A DNA stretch of 64,000 nucleotides from Eledone cirrhosa. Lineage: Eukaryota. The notes below the pieces were generated by a model. That model was not told the DNA's origin, did not search any database, and worked only from the letters and a program-made list of their open reading frames with translations. Position numbers and translations under genes: made by a program. Below are positions 43,330 through 54,743 of the stretch, piece by piece (position 1 is the stretch's first letter; each line of letters begins with the position of its first letter). Location: NCBI GenBank assembly GCA_964016885.1, contig OZ024752.1, positions 13,020,001-13,084,000 on the forward strand. Reading direction: 5' to 3'.

Positions 43330-44623
43330 TCCCTAAAAGGCCGGGCGGAGGTGGCGAACATTTACATAGCGTCCGTCACTTACTACCGCCTGACTGTCGT
43401 GCCTTGCCCTAAGGAAACACTCACCACCATGGAACGCATGCTCTTCCAATTTCTTTGGAAGAAGCGTCCTCCTATGGTGAGAAGATCCATCTGCTGCCAA
43501 CAACCTTCGAAAGGAGGGCTGGGGATGCCGTGGTTGATGATGCGTAGGCACGCATTAAGGCTACGGCACCTACAGGTATTCCTCACTGGTCAACCGGTGT
43601 GGGCTCCGTTCGTGAAACGAGCCTTTCCGAGACTCGTCTCGCTCACCGAGCTACAGTCCTGGGTCAAGCAAAGATCCGGAAAACTGGGAGACTGGCACAC
43701 TGAGTGTGCTCAGGCGCTCAGGGCTCTCTGGCAAGCGGGCCAGGCCATCGGTGGAGAATCCACCTCAGCATTCTATAGAGGGCTTGTGGCTAGCAGGGGC
43801 GATGACACCCTTGGAGAGTCGCTGGACATGGAAGAAGACGAACTGGCCAGCCTGTTCGGTAGGACTTTCGGCCCAGGACCAATGGACAACTTCCAGAAGT
43901 CACTGGCCTGGCAGTGCTACCGGGGGGCTCTACCCGGTCGAGAGAGGCTCTACAGACACGGGCGCCCGGGCAGGGATCCCTCAAAAAAGATTTGCCCTAG
44001 ATGCGTGCGTCACGAAGAAACCGTTGCGCACGCATTGGTGCAATGTCCGGGCGTGGCTGATCTGTGGGGCTACGCCGAACAACTGCTGTCGCGGGTGGCG
44101 CCGATTCAATTGACCGCCGAGTCCGTGATGACAATCAAACCGCCTCCCCTCTTCACAAAGGAAGCAAAGGCGGTTTTTCTGTGCGTAATAGCCATGTTGA
44201 AAGAGGTTGTTTGGTAGACACGATTGAAAGGTCTGAGGTCAGGCAACTTCCTCTCTGGCCATAGTCTGGTCTACTTCTTCCGATATCACTTCGGAAGAAG
44301 GATAAGAATGGAGAGAGAGGTGCTTGGCCACAGGCAGTTTTATGAAAGGTGGGTGATAGTGGCGAGAATGGCTCGTGTAAATGGGCATTCTCTGTATACC
44401 ATCCTGTAGGTAAAGAAGTAAAGGAGAGGGGAGCACCTTCTCCATGTGCTCCTCGGGCAAAGGATTGCACACTTTTTCGGGGGTGTGTGCAACCCCCATC
44501 ACGTCCCCTCCCTTTTGAGGTTATTTTCGATTATTTTCATGTTACACCCTTTTTACTCGATTATATGTAAACTCCCCCTTTGTATTTGTCCCTTCTTTTT
44601 ATGCCTTTATGGTAAATAAAGAA
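43330..44623 (+). mobile_element. Tx1-clade (L1 group) LINE, 5'-truncated copy
   Basis: ORF2 C-terminal part (FLW...GGLG, zf-RVT-type CPRC..EETVAHALVQC); closely homologous to 49193-50487; flanked by (TATC)n. Confidence 0.9.
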
Positions 44624-44649
44624 ATCTATCTATCTATCAATCACCACCA

Positions 44650-47600
44650 TAATCTAGCTGTCGTCTGTTCTACAGCGTAGATGTAATTCACTTCGCGCAG
44701 AAGTTTTGTTCAAATTTATTGCGGAAATTTTGTAAGTCCAATTTTAATTTTGATACTATAGTGTAGCTTGACCCCCCCGTCTGAACTGTCAGGCGGTGAG
44801 TCAGCTCATCTTTACCCCTCCTAGTTGTGAAAAACCTGTTTTTAAAAATTTTGTGGCATAAAAAAATTTCAATCGTCTGACAGAAATGTTAAACGAAGCT
44901 AACGAAAATAGTGGTGGGGGGACAGCGGTAAGAGTTGTAAGCTCGCACGCTTTAGTCCCCCTTCCTTCCCAACTAACGTCATAGAGAAGGAAGGAAAAAA
45001 TAAAATAAAAACAGACGAATCTGCGGAGAAAAATGACGAAAACACAAATCTGGACATGGATTCCAACAACGAAAAAAAAAAATAAAAGAATTTGAAAATT
45101 TGCATGACAATATTAATACCACAAACAAAGACACAACAAACACAAAAATAACATTTGAAAACAACATCATAACAGAAAGCACAGCAGACGACAAAGTCAA
45201 CACCAATAAGATTTCATTTGCACAAACAACAAAGAAATCTTTGACATATATACCTGAAAATATTTCAGATGTGGCACAAAGAATTGCAGACGCCAAACAA
45301 TATATAACTGAAGGAGAGAATGGTATTTTATCGGTAAAAATGCCTCAAGAACTCACCAAAGACATTGAAAGTCGAACGGTCGTTTTCCGCACCATCAACA
45401 ACATTTCTAAAAAACTTGAACAGCCAACTCAAACAGAAATCAAAACAGTACTCACAGAGGTACTTAATGAAACCACTTTCATAAGAAAAGACAGACTGTA
45501 TGGAAGCCTAGCGATTATTATGAAGAACGAATCGGCGGCAAAAAAATGTGCTTTGTCACCGATTCGTTCGAAAAATTTTACCTTTATCCATCTTATATGG
45601 GTAAAAGAACTCAACGCATATGGCTGGATGCAATGATGCCAGATGTGGACTACTGCTGGCTCATAGCTGGCTTCATCGATCCAGCGAATGACAACGTGAT
45701 TTCCATTGGGAAAACCACAGGCAATGCGTTCAGTGGAACAGGTATAGAGCTTGTAGTGCAAATGAAGCCTGAACGCATCGCCCAAATACCCGACAGAATC
45801 CTATTAGAGGGCCACGGGTATATAAACATTAGCGTGGAGGGGAGAAGACCGTCCTGTCATATCTGTGCAGGCAGAGGGCACCTGAAGGCGGCTTGTCCCC
45901 AACTCAACAAAAAGAAAACCCTGCTACCAACACCAGCTCCACCACCACCACCACAACAGATAAACAAACAACAAAACTCAGTCCCACTCAACCCGTCCCT
46001 CAGTAAAACTACACCACCACCACAACACAAACAGTCACAACACATTACCCCAAAACAAAATACAGGCCCACCCAACCCCTCACTCAATAAAACAACACAA
46101 CCACCGCAGCCACAACACACAACACAGTCTAACATAGTGACATCCATCTCCCCCACAAAGAAAACCAACACGGAAACATTACCAGCAAACATACCTCTTC
46201 CCTCCAACACTGAAGATAACACAACGAATTCGGAGGAAGAAACGGAGTCCTTCAGACAGATTAAAAGGAAAAAAAGAAAACATGTGCAAAACACACAAGG
46301 CCAAACAACCCCCACCCAAATGTCAACACAATCCAACAAAACACAAAACATCCCTCCAGCAACAAACAAAACCAAACCTGCCCCTCCCCTCTTCGAAACA
46401 CTCACACCATCCGAAAAAAAGACATTACACTATACTTACATCAACAGAAACAATAATAAATTAAATGAACTCATAAACAATAATCCTTCGGTACAAACCG
46501 AAGGTGTAAACTTTGTTTCTTCAGAAAACTACCCACATTTAAAATTAATAAAGATCCCAATGAACCTCTACCAAAAACTAAAAAAGGATTTTAAGGAGGA
46601 CGTAGGACCACCCTCTGTCAAACCCATAAACCGCGTCCTACTAAAAAGCTTTCCCCCTCCCCTTCCCCTCCCCAACACAACTCCAAACACCCCAACCCCA
46701 CCACACACTGACGACCCCACACCACCACAAGACACCCCTTCACCCAACCCCCCCGACCCCATGGAAGTCGTGCGACCCGAACCCCGGGAAGCAGAAAAGT
46801 AGGTCTCTACACTCTCCTTTGGCTCTGCCGCCCACATGGATGTGTTAAGAGTAGGATGTTTGAATGCAAGTGGCCTGGGCTCAACTTGGAAGCAAGTAAA
46901 GCTTCTAAATGACCTCAGGTCATGTGGTATAAATGTAATGGTTATCTGTGAGACTCGGATCAGCGTCGTGCGGCAGCTGGCCCCTACCTTCGATGACTTT
47001 GAGGTGCATGCATCTCTCTGTCAACCTGGAGGTGGGGGTGGGGTTGTCGTACTGCTGCAAAAACACCTGGGTCTTGCCGTACAGGTCGTTCACTCGGACC
47101 CGGAGGGTCGTTTGTTGGTGCTAGACGTTGGCAGTAGTGAAGGTGCGGCCTTGAGACTGGTCGCCGTCTACTCCCCTTTCGGAGCTGAACGGCCCGACTT
47201 CTTCCAGCGTTTGGAGACTTTTCTGGGAACGTCGCGTTCCCTGCTTCTAGCGGGGGATTTGAATGACATCCTAGATGCACGTTGGGACTATGCAGGAGCA
47301 TGTCCTAATAGAGGGGGTGTAACAGCCTCAAGGGGTTACTCGACCGTTTTAACTTGGTCGATAGATATCGACTAGATTTTCCAACTGTGCCTACCTGGAC
47401 TTGGACGAACCACAGTGGTCAATTTAGATCGTACTTAGATAGATTCTTAGTAAGAAGTAAGGATAGGGACATATTAAGCTGTCCAGAAATGCGCACGGTT
47501 GGCTATACGGATCACAAATTAGTGACCTGCGTAGTCAATCTCGAGAAAACACATAAACAGGGTCCCGGTTACTGGAAACTTAATTTGTCTTTACCGGCAA

Positions 47601-50487
47601 AAGAGACTTACAGAAACCGGATTAGCAGATTAGTTAAGGAGAGGTTGACGGGTGCAATCGTCAACAACCGATGGTGGGCATCTCTCAAAAGAGAGATTAG
47701 AACAGAATCAATAAGTTATAGCAAGATGTTAGCTGCCGATAGGAATAGAAACGAGAAAGAATTAACAGGTAAATTAGAAGAGGCAATCAAGAGCGAAGAT
47801 GTGGCCAGAGTGCTGGCATCGAGGACGGCCTTGAACCAGTTTTTCGATGCAAAGCACGAAGGCTGCGTCATTCGAAGTAAACTACGTGCTCTAGGTAATG
47901 AGGGGGCCAAAGCCGTTGGCTGGGCCCGTGTGACAGAAGCTAAGAGTGGAAATCGATCCACCATCTGGTCGTTGCAAGACGAGGATGGACGGGTGATCCG
48001 GGAGCCTAAGCAGATGTGCGAGGCCTTTCAAAGGCACTTTGCCCGATTATTCGGGGGAGGCGAGGGTCCGGGCGGAGACGTGGATTTCGGTCCATACCTC
48101 GACGGCCTGCCGCGTCTCTCGAGCGAAGAGGCAGAGTCCTGCGAGGGACCAATCTCGGCTGATGAGATCGGGGATGCGCTGAGCCAATGCAGCAGACGCA
48201 AATCTCCAGGTCTCGATGGTATACCTTATGAACTTTATTTAGCAATGCCGGTCTTCTTCTCCGAACTCCTCGAAGCGGTCTACTGCAATTGGCAGCAGAA
48301 CGGGAGAATTCCTTGTTCTGTAGCCAAGGGCGTAGTCTCGCTGGTGAGGAAGGACGAGAACAAGGGGGATAGTATAAATAATTTTCGGCCCATAACCCTG
48401 CTAAACACAGAGTTAAAGATTTTGGCCAAGGTGTTAGCAAAGAGGTTGGCGCTTGTCGTGGGTAGCCTGGTGGGAGATGCGCAGACATGTGCTATCCCAT
48501 CCAGGTCCATTCACGATAACCTCCACCTCATGCGATACATCATAGAGAGGGTTGGCAACAAACCCGGCTTCGGTGGGGCCCTGATCAACTTGGATCAGTC
48601 TAAGGCCTTCGATAGGGTCGACCATGGTTATCTGGATGCGGTGCTAGCGGCGGCTGGGTTCGGTCCTGTTTTCAGAGGCTGGGTCACTGCCTTACATAGC
48701 AACCACATCTGTTCTAGGATCAAGGTGAATGGCTACCTTTCGAAGCCGTTCGAAATCACATGATCCATTCGACAGGGGTGCCCTCTCTCCTCCCTTCTGT
48801 ACGTATTGACTCTCGAGCCTTTACTGAGGAAGTTAGAGTTGTTGCAGGGTATCCCCCTGGAACCAGGATTGAGCAAAGCGGTGTCGGCCTACGCCGATGA
48901 CGTAACAGTAATGATATCGACCGACTCGGAGATCGAGGCGATCGGTACCTTACTGGAGGATTACGAAAGGTTGTCAGGAGCGAAACTGAACCGGGAAAAA
49001 TCCATCGGGCTGCAACTCGGAACGTGGAGAGGCAGACCGATGCCTCCCGACGGTGTCGTCGGACACTGGACGGAGGGCCTGGTAAAGTTGCTTGGGGTCT
49101 GGTTTGGACCGGACCTCCAGGTGGAAAAGAACTGGGACGAGGTTACGAACAAGGTGTTTGCACTAACCCAGAAATGGGCCAAGTGTAAGCTGTCCCTAAA
49201 AGGCCGGGCGGAGGTGGCGAACATTTACATAGCGTCCGTCACTTACTACCGCCTGACTGTCGTGCCTTGCCCTAAGGAAACACTCACCACCATGGAACGC
49301 ATGCTCTTCCAATTTCTTTGGAAGAAGCGCCCTCCTATGGTGCGAAGATCCATCTGCTGCCAATAACCTTCGAAAGGAGGGCTGGGGATGCCGTGGTTGA
49401 TGATGCATAGGCATGCATTAAGGCTACGGTACCTACAGGTATTCCTCACTGGTCAACCGCTGTGGGCTCCGTTCGTGAAATGAGCCTTTCCGAGACTCGT
49501 CTCGCTCACCGAACTGCAGTCCTGGGTCAAGCAAAGATCCGGAAAACTGGGAGACTGGCACACTGAGTGTGCTCAGGCGCTCAGGGCTCTCTGGCAAGCG
49601 GGCCAGGCCATCGGTGGAGAATCCACCTCATCATTCTATAGAGGACTGGTGGCTAGCAGGGGCGATGACACCCTTGGAGAGTCGCTGGACATGGAAGAGG
49701 ACGAACTGGCCAGCCTGTTCGGTAGGACTTTCGGCCCAGGATCAATGGACAACTTCCAGAAGTCACTAGCCTGGCAGTGCTACCGGGGGGCTCTACCCGG
49801 TCGAGAGAGGCTCTACAGACACGGGCGCCCGGGCAGGGATCCCTCAAAAAAGATTTGCCCTAGATGCGTGCGTCACGAATAAACCGTTGCGCACGCATTG
49901 GTGCAATGTCCGGGCGTGACTGATCTGTGGGACTACGCCGAACAACTGCTGTCGCGGGTGGCGCCGATTCAATTAACCGCCGAGTCCGTGATGACAATCA
50001 AACCGCCTCCCCTCTTCACAAAGGAAGCAAAGGCGGTTTTTCTGTGCGTAATAGCCATGTTGAAAGAGGTTGTTTGGTGGACACGATTGAAAGGTCTGAG
50101 GTCAGGCAACTTCCTCTCTGGCCATAGTCTGGTCTACTTCTTCCGATATCACTTCAGAAGAAGGATAAGAATGGAGAGAGAGGTGCTTGGCCACAGGCAG
50201 TTTTATGAAAGGTGGGTGATAGTGACGAGAATGGCTCGTGTAAATGGGCCTTCTCTGTATACCATCCTGTAGGTAAAAAAGTGAAGGAGAGGGGAGCACC
50301 TTCTCCATGTGCTCCCCGGGCAAAGGATTGCACACTTTTTCGGGGGGGTGTGCAACCCCCATCACGTCCCCTCCCTTTTGAGGTTGTTTTCGATTATTTT
50401 CATTTTATACCCCTCTTACTCGATTGTATGTAAACTCCCCCTTTGTATTTGTCCCTTCTTTTTATGCCTTTATGGTAAATAAATAAA
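44650..50487 (+). mobile_element. Tx1-clade LINE, full-length, decayed (ORF1 ~44886-46802 with CCHC knuckle; ORF2 46836-50272 APE-RT-zf)
   Basis: ORF1 CHICAGRGHLKAAC + Pro/Thr-rich tail; ORF2 CLNASG, ICET, AGDLN, YLDRFL, TDHK, GPGYWKLN, KSPGLDG, NFRPITLLN, DQSKAFDRVDH, RQGCPLS, AYADD; several stops/frameshifts; (AAAT)n tail. Confidence 0.93.
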
Positions 50488-50490
50488 TAT

Positions 50491-50516
50491 ATCTATCTAT
50501 CACCACCACCACCACC

Positions 50517-50562
<46 letters not shown>
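50491..50562. repeat. (TATC)n-(CAC)n-(CAA)n compound microsatellite
   Basis: Direct inspection. Confidence 0.9.
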
Positions 50563-50563
<1 letters not shown>

Positions 50564-51322
50564 GAGAGAAAAGAATGATGGATGCTTTCAGCCAGTGGAG
50601 AGCAGGCCCAGAGGTGGAACGAACACTTTCGTGAGGTCCTCAATCACCCATTCCCCAACACAGTCTTCGAGCTTGGCTGGGAGGAAGCGAGCTACCGGCT
50701 GGATGTACGACTAGACGACATCACAAGAGCTGAGGTGGCCAAGGCCATCCGCTGCCAAAAGAATAACAAAGCGGCAGGGCTAGATGAGATTCCTGCAGAG
50801 CTTCTGAAGCATGGCAAGGATGTAATAGAGGAGCAGCTCACCCATTTATGCAATGTGATTTGGCAAGAAGAGGAGGTGCCGGAGGACTGGGAAAATGGAG
50901 TGATTGTACCACTACTGAAGAAGGGCTCTCTCAGCGACTGCAACAACTGGAGAGGGATCACGTTGCTATCAGTGCCAGGGAAGGTATTCTGCACAGTCAT
51001 CCTGAACCGGCTGAGAGCAGAAGTAGATCGTCATCTTCGATACGAACAGGCTGGCTTCCGCAGTGGAAGGTCTTGTTCAGAGCAGATCTTCACTCTCCGA
51101 AATATCATTGAACAATGTCAGAAGTTCCACAAGTTCCTTGTTGTCAACTACATTGACTTCAGGAAAGCTTTCGACAGTGTTCATCGGGAGTCATTGTGGA
51201 AGATTGTAAGACTCTACGGTGTTCCAGAGAAATATATTAACATCTTCAGGTCGCTGTACCGACATACCAGGTGCTGCGTTAGGACAAAGGACGGAAACAC
51301 GGAAATGTTTGACATCTTGTAT
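50563..51322 (+). mobile_element. RTE-clade (BovB-like) RT fragment, a different family from A/B
   Basis: NNKAAGLDEIPAELLK, CNNWRGITLLSVPGKVF, EQAGFRSGRSCSEQIFTLR, IDFRKAFDSVHR. Confidence 0.88.
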
Positions 51323-52195
51323 GGTCAGAAATTATGATTAACAATTAGAAACTTTAAATTTATGTTTAGAGTTAAAAGATGCCATTTAAGATGAAATTAG
51401 AAAAATCAGATTTAGGTTTAAAGTTGGGAGATTTAGTTAAAGAATTTACAGAAGGAGGCTTTTATGAAAAAGTATAAGTGTATTATAGATAGTTTCGATA
51501 AAGTTTCAGGCTGGAATATAGAGTAAAGTTTAAGCCCATGCTTAGTGGATATTAACCAGCGATGCTGCAGACACCCTGCCAGCCTGGGTCACCAACAGCG
51601 TGTCAACCGTTCCGAGTATTTTCGTCTAGCAAAAGAAAGGGAAATTCATTTTTCCGAGCACTCCAGGAATGTTAACTGTCTTAAGTGTCGGGTGTGCTAG
51701 CGGGAATTCTGCCACCGTCAGCTGGCCATCGTATATACCTAGCGATTACTAGTCATTCACACTGTTGGGGGATTTAGTTGGGTGCTATTAGAAGGAGGCA
51801 TGATAGAGTTAAAAGTTATGATTAAACCTAGAATTTAAAGGTACTGTTTGGCGGTCAATAACCGGTGGCACGGCGGATTCCAAGTCTGATAGGGCCCGGG
51901 GCAAAACAGCAGTTTGGTACACATGGTGATCCGACTGATGTGGCGGCTTTCCCAAATGCATGCCAGGTGGTCAGGTCGATCAGCTTTCCTAGAGTGCTTG
52001 GAAAAATTAATTTTCCCCTTCTTTCGGTAAACGAAATTACTCGGAACAGCTAAAAATATTTTTCGTGTTACTTTCTAGCACTCCTGATCAGCTTCAATGT
52101 AACCCGATCTCACCGCTGGCCCTTGTCTATGACGGGATGGTAATAGTACACTATAAGTCTGAGAGGGATAGAATGTAGTGTGTGAGAGAGGAGAC

Positions 52196-52462
52196 TGCGG
52201 TGTTATAGACATGTGATGTGCATGGAGGATGACCGATGGGTGAAGAAGTGCCAGGAAATGTCAGTTGAAGGAAGACGTGGTAGAGGTAGACCACGAAAAA
52301 CATGGGCGGAGGTGGTGAAAACAGACCTCAGATCGCTGAAGCTCACGGTGGAGATGACGAAGGACCATGACAAGTGGAGAGATGCTGTGCGGAATAAGAC
52401 CTGTCCCACCCTTGCAAGCGGGGAAAAGCGGACGTAAAATGATGATGATGATGATGATGATG
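52196..52462 (+). mobile_element. RTE family C 3' end
   Basis: HVMCMEDDRWVKKC...GRRGRGRPRKTW...; short tail 'cccacccttgcaagcggggaaaagcggacgtaaaat(gat)n'. Confidence 0.85.
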
Positions 52463-52539
52463 ATATACATGTATCTGTGTATATATATATATATATATAC
52501 ACAGATACGACCCGTCTTTTATTATTCAAATAACTTCTT

Positions 52540-52900
52540 ACCAATAAACATTAATCTTTTGTGCGCCATTCATTTAACTGTAGACCAACAAATACCAAGT
52601 AAACGGAGCGTTGACAAGAACGATGGCGAATGAATCATTGAGGTAAGCAGTTTCCTACCGAGCTGTTAGTTCACGCGGGATTCTCTGCTACACCTTTTCG
52701 TAATAATACCGAACAACGTACTGTTGGTCACTCCTTCCTCCAAAAGCCATACAAAGCGGTCATGTGCATCGGGTAGATGGATCGGGTGCAAATCTACACC
52801 AGGCCTACGCGAGAAATTCGCAAGGGACTGCACCGAGAGGGATAGAGAGAAAGAGTAACTTAGTGGAAAGAATGCGAATGAACTTTTGAGGTAAGAAGCC
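52540..52900. promoter_or_regulatory. Unique CpG-enriched segment, possible promoter/first-exon region
   Basis: Many CpGs relative to the flanks; ATG..GTAAG donor candidates on both strands (minus 52569-52542 MAHKRLMFI|gtaaga; plus 52623-52642 MANESL|gtaagc). Confidence 0.25.
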
Positions 52901-53173
52901 TATGCCTTACTGCTATGACACTGGAACCTTCTGCCAACTTAACCTGTGACTTTCTCTTTCACATTTACTCCAAAAGGCCAAAAGAGAGGAGTATGAAAAG
53001 AAGGGGCTCAACAATATTTCTATGAACAATGCACGTAGACAGCTAAACTGTACTTTCAACTTCTTAATTTTCTCCAAATAAAACAATTTCCTGTCGGTAT
53101 ATTTTCGTGAGTTTTTAACAGGCACTCACAAATAAACGTTTCTCATTGGAGGTGCTATTACCAATGTCCTTAC

Positions 53174-53196
53174 CTGTGCAATGCTGGGATACACTG
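53174..53196 (-). other. Candidate 23-nt microexon
   Basis: Strong poly-T acceptor 'tttttttttttatttactag' and donor 'CAG|gtaagg'. Confidence 0.3.
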
Positions 53197-53259
53197 CTAG
53201 TAAATAAAAAAAAAATACATATATGTATATATACATATATGTATATATATAAATATATG

Positions 53260-53568
53260 GAGGTACATGGCTTAGTGGTGAGAGTGTGAGTTCAATTCTC
53301 AGACCAGGTGATGTGTAGTGTCCTTGAGCAAGACACTTTATTTCACATTGCTCCAGTTAACTCAGCTGTAGAAATGAGATGATAGGGACTAGGTTCCATA
53401 TCATCCCACTGTAAAGTGGTCGTGGAGGTGCCATGGCAAAAAAGCACCCAGCACTCACTGTAAATGAGGTTGGTGTTAGGAAGGGCATCCAGCTGTAGAA
53501 ATCAAGTCAGAATCAGTTCCCGTCCCACCCTTGCAAGCAGGGAAAAGCGGACATATGATGATGATGAT
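53260..53568 (+). mobile_element. tRNA-CORE-Meta-like SINE with RTE family C tail
   Basis: Head 'ggtacatggcttagtgg...gagttcaattctc'; tail matches 52403-52440. Confidence 0.85.
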
Positions 53569-53616
53569 ATCTATACATATATATAAAACTGTTGTTGTGT
53601 GTGTGTGTGTGTGTGT

Positions 53617-54432
53617 CCCCTCACTTTTAGCTTCCAGACCTTTCTTTTCCACACCTTCCTGCATGTCTCATTTTGTCTATTGCTTACTGAGATGTCACTA
53701 ATGACTAACATATGCTGTGGGGTACATTCTTCCTTGGGGTATGCCTTAGTATTTGACACCATCTGTCTGTCAGCTGCCTAACTAGCAAGAAGTCAATCTG
53801 GCTTATGTGCTTGCCTGATTTATAGGTTATTAGGTGGTTGGTAGGCTTCTGGAAGTTAGTGTTGCAAATGGTTAGTGCACTTGCATCACAAAATTCAAGA
53901 AGCCCCACTCCTTCATTTCTTGAGCCGTAACCGTGCCCACCATGTACCCCAGTGTATCCATCCTGGAGCTGTCCAACATGACCATTGAAGTCCCCTGCTA
54001 GCATAACGATGTCTCTATCCTCTCTCATTGTGGCTGTTTGTAAAAGTTGCTCGTAAAAGCAGTCTTTTTCTTCTTTACCTAGGCCTGCCTGGGGAGCATA
54101 GGCAGAGATGATTGTCACTAGTCTCCTGCCTACAGCTAATCTAAGCTTAATTATTCTATTATTAACTCGAACTACCTCTATTGTCTTATTGATCCATCCC
54201 TCAGCCAGTAAAATGCCTACCCCACCTACCCCATCATCATTACCCACCCAGAAAAGCTTATAACTAAGATGTTTGCCTGCGATTAGTCTTGCAGAGGCAC
54301 CTCTCCATCTCACCACTTGCACACAGCACACATCCACATGTCTTCTCTCCAGCATCTCCACTATCTCACCAGATTTACCTGTTAGAGTACCAACATTAAG
54401 TGTTGCAACTCTGAGATGCGATGTCTTCATAT
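53617..54432 (-). mobile_element. RTE-clade APE endonuclease fragment (N-terminus of the ORF)
   Basis: LRVATLNVGTLTG, ISAYAPQAG, AGDFNGHVG, SQIDFLL. Confidence 0.88.
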
Positions 54433-54444
54433 TCTTGTTCTTTA

Positions 54445-54737
54445 TCATCACCATCATCATTTTATGTCCGCTTTTCCCTGCTTGCCAGGGTGGGATGGGA
54501 ACAGATTCTGGCTTGATTTCTACAGCTGGATGCTCTTCCTAACACAAACCTCATTTACAGTGAGTGCTGGGTGCTTTTTTGCCATGGCACCTCCATGACC
54601 ACTTTACAGTGGGATGATAGGGACCCCAGTCCCTATCATCTCATTTCTACAGCTGAGTAAACTGAAGCAATGTGAAATAAAGTGTCTTGCTCAAAGAAAC
54701 ACCACATCACCCGGTCTGAGAATTGAACTCACAACCT
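54445..54737 (-). mobile_element. tRNA-CORE-Meta-like SINE with RTE family C tail (head truncated)
   Basis: Reverse-complement homologue of 53285-53568. Confidence 0.85.
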
Positions 54738-54743
54738 TTATAT

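Noticed and set aside
44650-50487. Active Tx1 element, or an LTR element with 1.3-kb LTRs
   Set aside because: Multiple stops and frameshifts. The 1.3-kb direct repeat is ORF2 C-terminus + 3'UTR of a non-LTR element, with no TG..CA ends, PBS or integrase
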